This document shows, one piece after another, positions 1-13,989 of a stretch of DNA of 64,000 bases. This DNA is from Podarcis erhardii (taxonomy: Eukaryota): the NCBI GenBank assembly GCA_964252035.1, contig OZ176202.1; one strand, given 5' to 3'. Both the position numbers and the translations under genes were made by a program. How positions within the stretch are numbered: the stretch's first letter is position 1; the number at the start of each line of letters is the position of its first letter. The notes below the pieces were generated by a model. That model searched no databases, had not been told where the DNA came from, and was given only the letters and a program-made list of their open reading frames with translations.

Positions 1-505
1 CAGGTGTTCTAGACAAGTGTGCACTAGTGGAAAATATTATAGCATCACTGTAGCTGCTATGTGCATAAGCAGCAATAAGCTTCAGAGTTACACAATCCCC
101 CCTCACCTTTCATACTCTAGCTTGACTGTAATAAACAGATTGAAAGCTTTCATATTTGAACTATACAGAGTTCTTCACTATGTCTAAACTCAGTAAACAT
201 TTTCATCTAATTTAAACTATGATTTGTTCAAACAACTCATAATCAAACTGGTTTATGAGCTACCTTATTAACAAAACAGACTAACCAGAGTTCACCCTAA
301 TTTGTATATAACAATTTAGAAGCAAATGCTTCCAGTTGCTGCTTGTGCATTTAATGCTGAACCATAGTTTACTGTTATGTCCAAAAAGGATCCGTAACTT
401 ACAGAAAGGTGGCGTTTGAGTCTGTAGCAGTGAAAACAACTTAATGTAATACTTTTTAAAAGTTGCAGATTTATTCTGATACGATGAATTTTCATCAGTT
501 GACTG

Positions 506-525
506 GTGTGTGTGTGTGTGTGTGT
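506..525. repeat. (TG)n microsatellite
   Basis: Direct reading. Confidence 0.9.
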
Positions 526-3500
526 AAAGGAAGAAGTTGTAAACTTCAGTAAAATGGTAGTTAAATGGAAAAAGCAAGTCTGTGAGAGGCTTAAAAAGTG
601 ACCATTACCTACAATAGTAACTGATGAAAACATAATCATATGATATCTGTAATGGGACAGGAAATCATTCTCTTGATTCAAGACTAAACATAAACATCTT
701 GATAAGTTCTAATTCAATAATTTCACAATGGAGTTTCCCTTTGAAATTCCTTTGTTGGCAAATGGCATTATAGAAATTGGCCCTTATCTTGATTTGTCAT
801 TCTCTTCTGTTTCACAAGTGTCTGGTAAACACTGCATTGAGTTACAGCCTCTCCAAGACTGATGCACACTCTTGGTAAACAGTGTGCAACATTTATAGTT
901 TGAAATTCCATTTATAAATCCTGCAGTCTTCTTAAAGCAACTGCAGAATAAACAAACTGAATAGCAGCAAGCGTATCAGTCCCTAGACAAGTTTAATTGG
1001 GATAGAACCAATGGAAGGCAACTGACCCAGAAAAGCAAAATTATAGAATGCTGTATGCTTTGCTGCACTCTGGATTTGACTGAGCAGAGGGAACAGTTCA
1101 CGCCATTGACACAAACACAAAATTCTTAATTATGTATTGTCCTTGATTGTGAGCAGAAATTAAATTTACCCCATGGTATGTTAATTTAAAATACAGTCAT
1201 GCCATGGTTATAGAACTGAGGCTTCATTATCTCCTGTTTCTTAAGCCACACACAATAAATCTAACTGGAAAAAACAACAAAAAATTATTAGAAATATGCT
1301 TTACAGTTCTTCACAAGATCAAAATATTGAAAAGTAATGGAAGTGAATAGAGAATAGATATGTTCAAGGACATAACATAATCTCCCCCCCCCCCAAAGTC
1401 TGCTGCACTTACTCTTGATCTGCTTCAGGATGCAAAACTTGTTTAAGCAAACTATTTGGGGTGAGCAGGGGATTTAATAGCTGTCTTTTAAATGGCTGTG
1501 TTACGCTGTATTTCTATACTGCTTTCATATGTTGATATCTTTCTTGAATTATTGGATAAGCAGTGGGTTAAAACTTAAACAAAATGTAATAAAGAAGTCA
1601 ATTCTAGCCTGTAGACATAAAGCCAAGGAAGTGGGCAGCTCTTATAAGGATGGGTAAGAATGGAAAAATAACAGGGTCAGGTAGGCCTAAGCAAGTGAAG
1701 CCGAGTCAAATATTGCATTTTCAGTATTTTGAATATAATACATAAATAAAATCTGGCAATATCTAACCATGAAATTAAAAAATTTAAAATGGTAACTGGA
1801 TGTTGTCATTCATGAAAAAGTCTAGTTTAGCCAAAAGTTCCATAATCTCCTTGATCTTCTGAGATGATTGTGAACTAAAGGATCCAAGTTTGGATCTGCA
1901 CTGCAGGTGTTTCTTGGTTAACATACATTTTTGTCTTGCTCTGTACTATCTTGGAGCGAATGATCATGTCAATTATAGTCTGTAGTTATCTCAGGAACGC
2001 AGAGGTGGATGGAATTCAAAATTCACTGCATTGTTCGTGGGAGGCTTGAAACCGTCTTTTAATATCACATTTGTTGCAAAGTTAAGCGGAAAATGTGTGA
2101 AGTGTCTATAGCTCAGATACTAAGCTAATCGATCCAAAGAAACTGCACAACAAAGCTTCCTATTGCAAAATCATTGTAGGAGAAATAAGGTGTGCCTCTC
2201 CCCTTTCAAGCCTTAGAAGTTCATGTATTTTGCAGAGCTTGCAAAGGGCCAGATTCGAAGCCAGCACATGGCTCCTGCCAGCCTATTAGGTCCCCACCTT
2301 TCCTCCCTCCATGCGCCACTGCAAGTCCCCCACATCTGTTCTGGAGGGTCAGTAGATCCCATGATCTCCCTGAACAGGCCTGGAGGCAGGGCTGGAATAT
2401 AATTCTGCCAGGCAATCAGAAATACCTGCATTGAAGTAGTGGTCTCCTTAGCCCTACAGTGAATATAACCCTAAATTATCCTTCAAACCTAGCTTAATAT
2501 ATTGCACCATTATTGAAGCTAATCAACTAAAATGGGGTGTTTTTCCTAGAAAAAAAATTAGCAGTTGCTGCTAATTTGCATATGTTAAGACACATATATT
2601 AATCCAGGTCAGACTATTTCTTCATCTAACCATGTATGATCTAATAATAAGCCTTCTGATATGAAATTTGCTGAAGTTAAGAATTGGCCCCAAGGATACT
2701 GGTGGACCAGGCAGCTGCAAGAGAGACATTAAGGGCAGGAGAAACAGGATCAAGCATATTGGACTGTAGGAAACAAAACTGCACTGATTTTCTTGCAGGT
2801 CACCAAGAAAATGTACAAGACCAGCGTTGACCTGAACAGGAAGCGGTAGATAAGAGTTGCAAATCATGACTTAAAATGTTTTTTTTTAATATTCATGACT
2901 CCTTTTAGCGAGGTTGTGTAAAAGATAGGGGCCTCTATTTTTATTGGGATGGCCAGTTGAACAAATTGCATTAGAAGTGAAATTGTTTCACTGTTGCGTA
3001 TAAAACACACTTGTTTGAAAGCAGTTCCATTTGCAAAGCCATTTGTGTGCGTGTAGCTCTGGGGACATCAGTTAAAACATCACAAACCCCTCTTTTTGCT
3101 CTTTGCATTGCTGCGATTTAAGGAGAACCATATGGGGAGCGAGCTTATACACACATTTTGCCACATGGAGTTGTTTTCATGCAGCTGCCACACTTGAGAG
3201 AGCTTGCAAGTATCAAATAGTTCAATGTGGTCTACTCCCAAGTAAATGTGCCTAGAATTGCAGCAGTTTCTGCTTGCTAGAAAATAATACCCTGCTCCCC
3301 TGGGAAGAGGAGAAGGGTACGTGATGTACCACCATAGGAATGACAACTCCCACTAGTCAGCTCATAATGCAATGTTGACATATAACCTGAGGAGATTGCT
3401 TATTATAACAGAGTAAGTGCTTCTAAAGCTGTTCAAATGGCTTTATATTTCAAAAAGTTGAAGGAGGAAACAAGAACGACATGACAAGGATTGCATCATA

Positions 3501-3615
3501 ATAGAGCCTAGCTCTAGAATATTTCCAGCTAGCTAGCTAAGTGATAAAGAGGGTAAATGGAGGTTTAACATAACAGATGGCTGTAATGTTTTTGCTTAAG
3601 AACAGTTTCAGATAC

Positions 3616-3617
<2 letters not shown>

Positions 3618-3656
<39 letters not shown>
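3618..3656. repeat. (CA)n microsatellite, ~19 units
   Basis: Direct reading. Confidence 0.95.
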
Positions 3657-3658
<2 letters not shown>

Positions 3659-4059
3659 ATAATCAAAAGATTAAAAAAAAAATCACAAATACATTGGTTT
3701 TGGTATTTATGTCCTTTGCAATTCCAGTGGAATTGCTGTTGGTTCTGTCTATGTGATGAGAGACTAGGAAACACTTATTGACAGGGAGTCAATTGTATCT
3801 GAGTTTTAGTTACTGCTTGGAGTCAGACCTGGGAACTGGAACCAAATCCTTGGTATCACATGGTACATGTTGACATCACAGCAGTCATACTTAAGGTGGA
3901 ACCAGCCACATCACTGTAAAAGCAGAGAAACTAGAGACACATGAAGCATTGCTTTCATGTTTCTCTGGCTAACCGCAGGGATTTTAAAAAGATCCAAAAA
4001 TAGTGCTCATATCCTTCTAATCTCAAAGAAGGCTGGGCACAGTGCCACTGTAGTTTATT

Positions 4060-4330
4060 ATGATCCGCTCCCAAACCAACCAAGAGTTGTTCTTAAAAAT
4101 TAAGCTATTACAGCATAAGCTTTCATGGACAAGTCCGCTTCATCAGATGCATGAAGTATAATCCTCAATTGCAGCTATACAGTATATTCACAGTGGGGAT
4201 GGGTGGGTGGAGGAATTGTAAGCAGATCAGAGAGAAATTAAATCCCAAAAATTACAGAGACTATTCTATAAGAGCTAAAATGTATGCAAAACAAGCACAG
4301 TGAAGCTTTACAACAACAGTAATAGGTGAT
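4060..4330. mobile_element. Probable Penelope-like element terminal-repeat remnant
   Basis: Contains cagcataagctttcatggacaagtccgcttcatcagatgcatg, resembling the reptile Penelope-type terminal motif ATAAGCTTTCGTGGGCTACAGCCCACTTCATCAGATGCATG as I recall it. Confidence 0.5.
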
Positions 4331-4962
4331 AGGAAACAGCCTGGTAATGTTGCATTAATTAACCCAGTGTAATGGGATGGGAAACCATAGACCCAAATGA
4401 ATGGAATCAAACCTCTTAGAAAATTACAATTCAGCAGTTTCACATTGGAGTCTCTCTTTGTAATTCTGAGTGTTTATCAAATTTTGACAAACCATACACT
4501 ATTAACTTCCCGAGTCTTCTGAGTGTCCATCTCCCCCAAACATATAAACATCCCTGGGTAGAGTCTCCAGACCAATTCCTACACTGCTGTAATAAGAGCA
4601 ACCCAGAAATGAAATAAACATTCCTTGCATGAGCGTACAGGAGGAAAACAGGGAGCATATTAGTCTGCAGCAGGGCTCCCATTTTCATAACCATGGCTTG
4701 GAGGATTATTTGAGCGGAGCTTGTATAGTCTATTATCTAAGAGAACTGTAGTCAGTGAAACTTCTTATCACTTGTTGAAATGTGAGTTTTGAAATAAATT
4801 ATTTAACTGTAGCTCTGATATATTTTTAACAGATCTGAGGCAGGTCTGGGAAGTCGCTAAGTGTTTTATTTCAGCCAGCTCCACAAACTGGCTATCCCTT
4901 CCTGATAATATCATCTGTCTCTATTCCTGGACAGGAGGTTAGCCCTTTCTACTATGAAGGTA

Positions 4963-5536
4963 CAGTGGTACCTTGGTTCTCAAATGCCAAAAACCCAGAA
5001 GTAAGTGTTCCATTTTCAAATGTTTTTCAGAAGCCGAACATCTGATGCAGCTGTCGGCTATTGTTTCCGGGGCGCCTGCACCAATCAGAAGCTGTGCCTT
5101 GGTTTTTGAACATTTCAGAAGTCAAACGTACTTCCGGAACGGATTAAGTTTGGCGCTTTTGTTTTTGCTATTTATTTTGCATTTTTGTTTGTGACTGCAT
5201 GGAACCCAGTTCAGCTATTGATTGATTGATTGATTGATTGATTGTGTGACTGCAGAAATGGATAAAAGCCCCCCATCCAAACAGTGACTATCATCAGTGC
5301 AGGTAAGAAAACAATTTAATTTTAATTTTTATCATCTACAATACTGTCTTATTTATTTTATAGTACAGTACATTGATTCTTGCTTTCATTTTATGGATCA
5401 ATGGTCTCGTTAGATAGTAGAATTCATGTTACATTGCTGTTTTAGGGGTTGTTTTTAAAAGTCTGGGAAAGCATGCCTTGGTTTTGGAACGCTTTGGTTT
5501 TGGAACTGTTTAATTTTGGGAACCAAGGTACCACTG
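4963..5536. mobile_element. Tc1/mariner (Tigger/pogo-like) non-autonomous element, 574 bp, with an internal (GATT)n tract
   Basis: TIR CAGTGGTACCTTGGTT ... AACCAAGGTACCACTG flanked by TA on both sides. Confidence 0.9.
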
Positions 5537-6719
5537 TATTTCAAACAACAGCAAAAACCTCTTGCTGCAGTTTCTGCAGATTGAAATCACAAATCAAGCA
5601 ACATAAGCCGAACTGTAGCAAACAGTGGTAGGTTTAAGTCAAATTCATGCAATGGGAATCAGAAAGATAACAACTGGCTTGTTTGAAAACTCAGCTGTCC
5701 CTTTCTTTCAAAAATGCTTCTTGATTTCTCCACGCTTTGCAGTTTTCCTACCAGCTTTCCCCCTTTAAAACACAAATTATTTTGGTCACAATAAACAGAG
5801 ACGCAGATCTACTGAAAGCACAACAGCTGACTCTCATCATCACTGGCAACAGCATGTATTTCTCAGAAAGAGGAGAAACAATGATTAAAGCAAAAGGACT
5901 CTGATTCAACAGTCCAATTTCCCTCTTTGGCCCCTGCTCTTTCCCCCTTCTATACGTATTGTATGTTTGATCCCCTTCCTTCCATGCAATTAATTGCAGG
6001 TTTTGAAATAAGGAACAATAGAAAACAGCTGTGAAATACACTGGAGGTTTCTTTTTGGGTATTATTACTATAATGGCACCTACTTTCATTACTGCACTCC
6101 AGGATCTAATCGGCACTGAGTGCACTATAAACCCATTTCCAGACATTTACAACTCCAGCTGCGCAAAGTCTCCCTGGACCAAAACTTCCAACACAGCAAA
6201 TCTCGGCCTGGAAATATATTATTTATTTATCGCTCAGAAAGGACCTGTGGGCCACCATCGATTAGGCCTTGGAGGCTTATGACGGGAGGCCCATATGGAA
6301 AGAAGCCATTTTTTTTCTTCTCACTTTTGAACACAGGACTACTCAGTGTTTGTGTGACTTATCGATCCCCCAGAAGTCTCTACTGAAATGGTTGGGTTGC
6401 AGGGATAGGGGGAATTGAGCAAGGCATCCTTGTTATAGAACAACTGTGTGGGGCTGTTTTCAATCAACTGCTGATCCCCATCGCTCATCTAATGGTCCTA
6501 AATCTACTTGTGCTTCATTTCTAGGGGCTCAATAGAAAAGCATTATTTAGAATGGAAACATTGTGTGATGAGGAAGAGAACCTCTGCCCCAAGTGGTATA
6601 CAGGAAATGGAAGGTGCTCAGATATGAACACAGGATGGGCTGGAGTGTTTCAACTAGAGATATGCTAGGAAGACAGGATTGTCCATGAACTTTTTTTTTC
6701 GTGGGGGGGGGTCTTTTAG

Positions 6720-6895
6720 GCAGAAAATAGCCTTCTGGCTGTTTGACTAAATGGTTCTTTCCAATGCCACAATAACATTGTGTCTGTTTTTGCCTGTTTG
6801 TTGGTGCCCAGGATCTCAGAGAAAAGTCTTTCCCTATACCTGCTACAAGATGCCAGGGATTGAATCGAGGAACTTGTGCATGTGTGGGCGCACAC
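6720..6895 (-). mobile_element. Degraded tRNA-derived SINE
   Basis: Reverse-strand B-box remnant (gggattgaatcgaggaact) and body resembling the 27900 and 55110 copies. Confidence 0.5.
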
Positions 6896-8799
6896 ACAGG
6901 TTATACATCTTCTGCATTATCTATTCATAATGCTTAATCATTTCTCTCTTCTGGTTATTTTGAATCCTCTTGCCCCTAATTAGTGTAAAGCTCTTTAAAA
7001 CACTAAGGTGCAAACATTTGTTTAAAATGCAAGCTGACCAAAACCTGAAGCAAACAAAACCTGAAGAACATGTGGGGGAAGATGAACCCAAGGTTAGTTG
7101 GCTACCTAAATCCACAGAGGGGGAAGAAATTGTTTCTTAATGACAGAGCATCACTTTTTGAGCAAATTCTCCCAGTCTTCCTGTGGCTTATACTATGCAA
7201 GTGCTGAGCCGCACTGTTACATTTGGCATATAATCTGTTGTGGTGGCACATGAGCCTTGGTGCTCACAGCACAGCTATTGTCTGTGTGACATTTAACCAC
7301 CAAAAACAAAAGCTGTGTTTAGCATTTGGCAGCCAATGGGAGTTACAAGACAGCTTTGCAGATTTCCTAAGACTCGCATTCAAAAAGCCGCGTGTAGAAA
7401 TACAGTGCGGCGGAATCATGCCTTGTGAATTTAAATTACCCAAACTCTAGAACTGACATATACACACACATATAATCTCCCAGATACACTCATGCACAAG
7501 CCTTTAGGTAAAACCAGCAGCCCCTACCCAAGTTAAGCCTAACTGAAACCTTCTGCAAATTGAGTGAAGCCACATTCAGCTATTGTTTTCATTGTTTGGA
7601 AGGAAGTGAGGGGAGGTCTGGGAAGGAAAACCAGAGGCCCATTCAGTTTATCAGACAAGACAGTTCAGTTTGGAATTCTTGTTCTTTTTTTGCACCCTTG
7701 GCATTGCAGGATGTTCGTAATGATAATAATGCACCATTCAACCCTGCCCATGTTTATTTGGAAATATCCCTTACTGCAGCCTTTGCCAACTTGGTGTCCA
7801 GCAACTTTTACTTGGTTTCGCTTCTTCAGAAATTGCCTCCTGACAGATCCCCCTTCTGCCCTCGCTTCCTAATTTTAAGAGGGTTTTCATCCAGGTGTGT
7901 ATGATTATTTTTTTTTACATTATCTGCATTAGGTCTCACAGAGTTTTAAACCAGCATAAGACGCACATGCAAGACCAGGCTAAAGCTCCCTTCCGCAGCC
8001 TGTACAGAAACTGAGGGTGGAGCAGACTAATTTTACTAGCATCCCAAGATGGATTGGCTACAGATACGAAAGGAAGGCATGAGAAAGGGGAAACCCTGTC
8101 CTCTTCCCCCCTCCCCCCCTCTCTTTTTCATGAAGAGGAGCTTGTGTTGCACCATGTTAATGGTGGTTGTCACACACAGCACGTTCCACAACATGTGCTC
8201 TGCATGGAGCAGTGTTGCTCCCCCCAGCTTCCTGCGAAAAGCAACCCCCAAGAAACATAAGCAGTGCCAGGAGGGAGTAAACAGCTTTCTAATTATAGTG
8301 GATCTTTCCTGGGAGGAAGAGGTAGCGAAGATTTCAAGAGGTATGACATGTCCATTGGATAAGCTGTGTTTTGTCTCCTGTCATGTCCAAGAATTGTGCA
8401 CAAAAGCAATTAATGGAAAGCTGTAGTGCAGCTGAAGAGGATCATTCAGCTTTGTAACGTGCGTGTGTGGCTATCCCAGAAGAGAACAGAGAGGAGCCCC
8501 CGCTAGTCTTTCAGTAAAATAGCAGGGTGTTAGAATGACCCCAAGCTTCCCACCCATCTACCCATCCTCATAAAACTGCACTCCCTCATTCAGCTGGGTA
8601 ATATGTCATTAATGTATTCAAACATTTATATACCAGCTTTTATCAATTATTTCAAGGGGTTTACAAGATATCTGCAGCAGCAGACATTGCCTTGGGTCCT
8701 AGAGTAGGGAAAGTTAGATAAATTGGGGGGAGGGGTGTCTACACACGAGTCTCTCACCAAGACAACACTGTCCTCTTGTTTCTCAAAAGAGAGACTACC

Positions 8800-9020
8800 T
8801 CCCCCTCTCTCCATATTCCCGATTCCAGAAAGTGGGAAGTTGGCCTGTCCTAAAGAGGGTTGCATATCCCCTAGAAGGAAAAGGACCACAGCTTGGAGGT
8901 GCTCCTGGATTCAGTCTTGTCATTGGAGGCTCAAGTGGCCTCACTGGCTAGCACTGCTCCAGCTGATTTGCTGGATACTAGCCTTTTTTGGACAAAGACA
9001 GCTTGTCCCCAGTACTCCAC
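8800..9020 (+). mobile_element. L2 LINE ORF2 C-terminal remnant
   Basis: agcttggaggtgctcctggattcagtcttgtcattggaggctcaagtggcctca translates as SLEVLLDSVLSLEAQVAS, the post-RT segment typical of squamate L2. Confidence 0.65.
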
Positions 9021-10936
9021 CCTAGGTCTTTCTGTTAAGGGGCGAATAATAACTCTAACAACAATTACAGTAACAATTGCAATCCTCCTGCTCACTCCGC
9101 TTGCAAACTCCCACCAGCTCCATTTGGATTCACTCTGCTTTGGCTTCTCTCCTCTTTTGCAACAGCCCACTCCACCTATCTCAATCTGAGCATCTCAAAT
9201 GGAGGCCCGAAGAAGAACAGCTCCACCCTCCCGCTCCGCTTGATCGGCTATGAGACATGAGATCAAGGGCCCTCGTGCCCACTGGGTTTCTACCTTGCCA
9301 CCTTGCCCATCCACTGTCCATCCATTTTCATTCTCCCATCAACTCCCTCAACTCTTACAGTCCAGACACAAATCCAGCCATTCCACTGCTATCACATCAC
9401 CCCTCCCACTCTGAACTACACAGGACACAGAAGCCTCCCTGATGCCCCTCTTAGCTCCAACACTGGTATCATTCCAAGCTAAGGCCCAAGCCCAGGCCAT
9501 TCTTCTTCCACCAGCTCCAACCGGCATGTAAAGTCTGCTGCCTGACGCAGACTCGTCCTCACTGTCAAAAGTCCCTTATGCCCCACCCCAATCCCACTTT
9601 CCCTCGGACGGATCCAACCTGGCATGTATTTGGCACTGCAGCCGCCTCTGCTCAGTTAGAAGCCTCTGCTCACCTGTGCAGGAAGCCTGTCTTTCCCAAC
9701 TAAGGTGGAGGTTAGGCTAAACTTTAAAATGTACTCTCTCTCTTCCTCCATTTCCTCACGCCGTGGCATTTCATGCAGCAGCAAGGCTTGTTTGATTCAA
9801 ACCTCTAGCTCAGCTTTGTACCTATTGGCACAGCTGTTGTTAATCAAGTCTACCCAGGCCACTGCATGATGACAAACTAGTGCAAATATAGTATAGCAAG
9901 AAACACCCGCAATTAATACAAAGCTCACTTAGATAAGGGAAATCACACATGCTTCAAAGACCTTACTGAACAATTTGAACAAAATCACTTTAAATGGAAA
10001 ATCTAAAACTGCTGGATGGGTCAAAATTGTTCATCTGGATCAGGGCCATGCTGAATGCACTAGATTTCTGCCTAAAGAAGGTCCGCAGTTGACAGGTACC
10101 CATTATTATCTCTACCTTTACAATGTTGGCTGGGGTGGGGATCAGATTTTTTAAACAGCTAATTGGAGAGAAGATAACAACCAGAGTAGCATCATCAGTT
10201 AACCAAATAGTTTAAATAAGAGTATTGAAAAGTATTAGGGAAATTTACAAATCTGATTCTACCTTGCCTGCAGTTAATACAGTAAATTTCAAAAAAGCTA
10301 GAATATTCCAAGTTTTTATCAACCAACTTTTAACATGCAGATTGACAGAGTCTAAAAAGAAACCCCATCCCACACACATGCAAACAACACACACATGTCT
10401 AGTTGGATATAGCATTTCTGAATGACCACACAACACTTTTCAAGAGTCACAAAGCACTTTTTGAGAGTTACAAACAGCGCCGGATATGTAGATCACACTT
10501 TTGTCTATCAGTGAAGAAGTAGCATTTTTTAAAGAGACAAAATAGAAATCCATGTCATATAGTGACATCTGGCAAGAAGTGATTATAAGAGTCTTCATGC
10601 CATTGAGTACATTTGAGCTTCGAACCCCTGCATCATTTTGATAGCATTAATGGCTAAATTAAGTATGATTGGTCAATACTGTGCTTCTACACATGTGCAG
10701 TTTCTGCAAAATAGTGCCCTCTGCAGGTAAACCTACAGATCCCATGGACAATATGCTTCCTACTTGATTTTTTTTTTTTTAAAAAAATAGGAAATTAGAG
10801 AAGGGCATCCTTGCTTGGTCCAATCCTACAATGCCTTCAAAATTATGGAATGCATTCACTTTCCCGTATTCCTTTTGCCACTGACTTTTTTATTTTTCCT
10901 TTAAGTAAGCATGCCTAGTTAGTTACTACCCTACTG

Positions 10937-11247
10937 CAGGTATGGGGAACCTTTGGCCCTCCAAACATTGCTGCAGAGGCAGATTTAGGGCAGTGGAGCC
11001 AATTCCGCCACACGGGCCGCCGAGGCACTGTAGGGTGTTGCAACAATGACGTAATGAATTTAGCAGAAAGGAAGAGCAGAGGCAGGGAGCTCCAAATTTT
11101 GGGCTCGCACAGGGCACTGCTGAAATATGAAAGACCAAAGTCTGCCCCGGTTGCTGAAATAGTACCATCATCCATGGCCATTGGCCATGTTTGCTGGAGC
11201 TGATGGGAGTTGTAGTTCAACAACATCTGGGGAGCCAAAGGTCCGCC
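10937..11247. mobile_element. hAT MITE with a second hAT-like MITE (10974-~11150) nested inside it
   Basis: Outer element: CAGGTATGGGGAACCTTTGG ... CCAAAGGT with 8-bp flanks ccctactg/ccctactc. Inner element: cagaggcagatttagg ... ccaaagtctgccccgg flanked by a duplicated ttgctg. Confidence 0.75.
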
Positions 11248-12534
11248 CCCTACTCTTCTTTTTGTCATTAATTTTTTATTGCTATTCAATTTCATATAGA
11301 AGAGGACTTAAAAATGAAGGCTGCCTATTCTGTCCAGAGTTTACATGAAGGGAAATGTATATAGCCGTCTCAATTAGCATATATAGAGCTAACGTAGAGA
11401 GCAAATGCCATGTGTTTTGCCAAATATGTTTTCTTGACGTGTGTGTATTGAAAACAATAGTCCTTTTTTTAATTGCTACTGCAGTGGGTACAGTACTCTG
11501 AAAATTATTTCTGAAACAGCAGTAGAGACGTTTTTGGAGAATAGGACTTCTCCATCAGTTCAAAAAATATTACTCCTGGGCCATTCAGATTCTATTGTCA
11601 GATACTGATGCTTTGTTTTGTATAAAGTATCTCTTTTTCACCAGCTTTTGCAAGGATCCATGCAAATATAGTTTCACAGACAGCTATAAATAGTTATGGT
11701 GATGCCTGATTTGATGATAATTTGTTTATTCATTTTAATACTTTTTTACCCCTTGTTTTGTTGTTTGCAGTTGTTTGTCCTTGATCCTGACTGCGTTTTT
11801 TGTACACAGTATTTTCAGTATTTATATTTTCAAATGTGGTTTTTTTGGTCCCTTTGAGCCTGTTTGAATTTCTGCAGAGGTTTTTGGTATAAGCAATAAA
11901 AGTCTGACCTGAGCTGGAACTGTTATTTCCGCTGCTGCTAAAAGAACTAAAGGCAGCAGAGCTAGAAGCTTTAGGGCCTTTTACATTGGATGATCGACAG
12001 AGCTTCGCCTTGTGATCAGGAGCTTTGCACAAAAAGGTATGTGGTGGGGAGCATGTAGGGAGCATGCAAAAGATGACAAAAAGTTTCAAATTCTGTAAAC
12101 TAAAGGCAATGAAACCATTTTTATATTTGTGCAATTATTATTCCATGAAATGACTGACTCGCATTTCAGGGAAAGGTTTCGTAAACAAAAATGTCTCTGA
12201 TAGACATTTATCACAGACCATGCCAATGGTCATTTACTAAATATTAAAATGGTAGGCACTTCTCTAATTTCAGTTAGTATCTACTTCCAGAGGGCTGGAA
12301 CTGCAACATTAAAAGCCCAGTTTCTAGTACATACTAAGTGCCCCTGTGCAGCATGTCCCATCTGAGGCGCGCAGTTGCTAGGCAGATACATGTAGCACAA
12401 GGCAGCCCTTAGGTAACTTTCTCCCAACTTATTTAGGGTTTCAAATGATGAAAGCAAAACCCTGAACCGTGCCTATTGTTAGCCATTGCAGCTCCCTCAG
12501 CATCTCTGGAGATGGAAGTGGAGTCACACTTAAA

Positions 12535-12930
12535 TGGGAAGAGGTGCTGGAAGCAGCTCCAAAGCAGGAGGTGTTGAGGTAGGGGTGTTTGATATCATGG
12601 AATGGGATGCTCCTGCTCAGTCCGTCCCCCCGGATCCATATCTCTATGCCCCAAACTGCTGGACCCCTGCACTTATTATGGTCCTGATTGCACCTCCCCC
12701 ATCCCATCAGAGCTCTCCAAGCGCCTCTGAATCCTCAGGATCCATCCATCTCCTCCATGACCTCTCCTTGGGGCTCATGACAGCTTTCATCTTGCCTGGA
12801 TTTAAACTCATCTTATTGGCCCTAATCCAGCCCACTATTGTGTTCAGACACTGGTCAGGAACCTGCATTGTCACACCTGATTCAGATGTTAAAATAGAGC
12901 TGTGAGTCATCGACCCATGTTATGTATGAA
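12535..12930 (-). mobile_element. L2 LINE reverse-transcriptase remnant
   Basis: Translations WVDDSQLYF (decayed YADD) and QCLNTIVGWIRANKMSLNPGK. Confidence 0.8.
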
Positions 12931-13989
12931 GCTAAACTTTCACTATATTCTGCTGTATTTCTAGAAGTGGCTCTTAAGTTGTGCAAAAGCTCAAATATAA
13001 TGTGAAAATTAATAATTAGGGAAACTCCAGGAAATGGAATAAACTGATGTGTGGATGCAACTAAAGTAACATCCAGCTGCCAGCTGGCTTCTGTGTGTGG
13101 AACGGGAACCCACGTGTTGGGTTGGCCCTTGGAATTCTGAACCCTGTTCTTCAGAGCAAAATATGGGTGAGTTGGCCTCGGAAGCAAGCAGCATGAAGAA
13201 GAAGAAGAGGAGCAGGTCAGTCCATAGAAAGGTAGCAGCTGGAGCACCTTGTCTCAGGCAGTGAAATATCTTGCACTGGTTCTGAGAGAAGAGGTGGAAA
13301 AGCACCGTTATGCATTTGGACTTCTCTGGATTCAACAGTGTGTCTCCAAAAGCCAAGTGTGATGATTGAAAATGCTCTTTCTGGACCTATCAAAGCTACT
13401 TCTTGAAGCGCGGTTCATTTTCTTGGTCTTTTGATCAAGCTTGCATTTCCAGTTCAGTGACTGAAGAGCTTACAATTTTCTGAACTGCATCAGCGTATTA
13501 CCCAGGGGCTGTATTTTTCCCTCTCAGTGTTATCTCAGAAATGGAAATTAGTTCCAATTAGGGAGGCATCTGCCACAAGATTATTATAGGGTGTTTCTGA
13601 GTCCTCTCACAAACTATTAGGGATCTCTTTGGATCCCTGCATTGCACCAGATCCAGAACTATGGATGATTTAAACTATTGTTTTGTATTTAGGAATAAAA
13701 TTCATTGCAGGACCAGTCTGCATGAATTCCATGGCAGTTTTCAATGTGGACTCATTGCTTTTTGTGAGGATTATTGCTGTCATATGATATTCTCAAAATC
13801 AAACTAACTGTGGCATCTGTACCTCTATCATTCTATTATTTATGGAGCACATTTATAGCCTGCCCTTCATCATACTAGATGCCAGAGTAGAGTACAGTAC
13901 ACAAGTTAGAACAGACTAATTACATAAAATTAACTATCAGTACATATCTCTAGACACCAGACAACAACATTCCTCTTCTCCCAGACCTT

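Noticed and set aside
9050-9620. C-rich stretch that might be an older LINE body or a coding exon
   Set aside because: No diagnostic motif could be read in any frame; left unannotated.
11878-12036. Exon-like segment on the plus strand (tctgcag|...AAG|gtatgt, 159 nt)
   Set aside because: It has stop codons in all three frames and no partner exons; at most a lncRNA exon, unsupported without RNA data.
11730-12134. 134-aa minus-strand ORF
   Set aside because: Ser/Lys/Thr-biased low-complexity translation with no splice chain or recognisable family.
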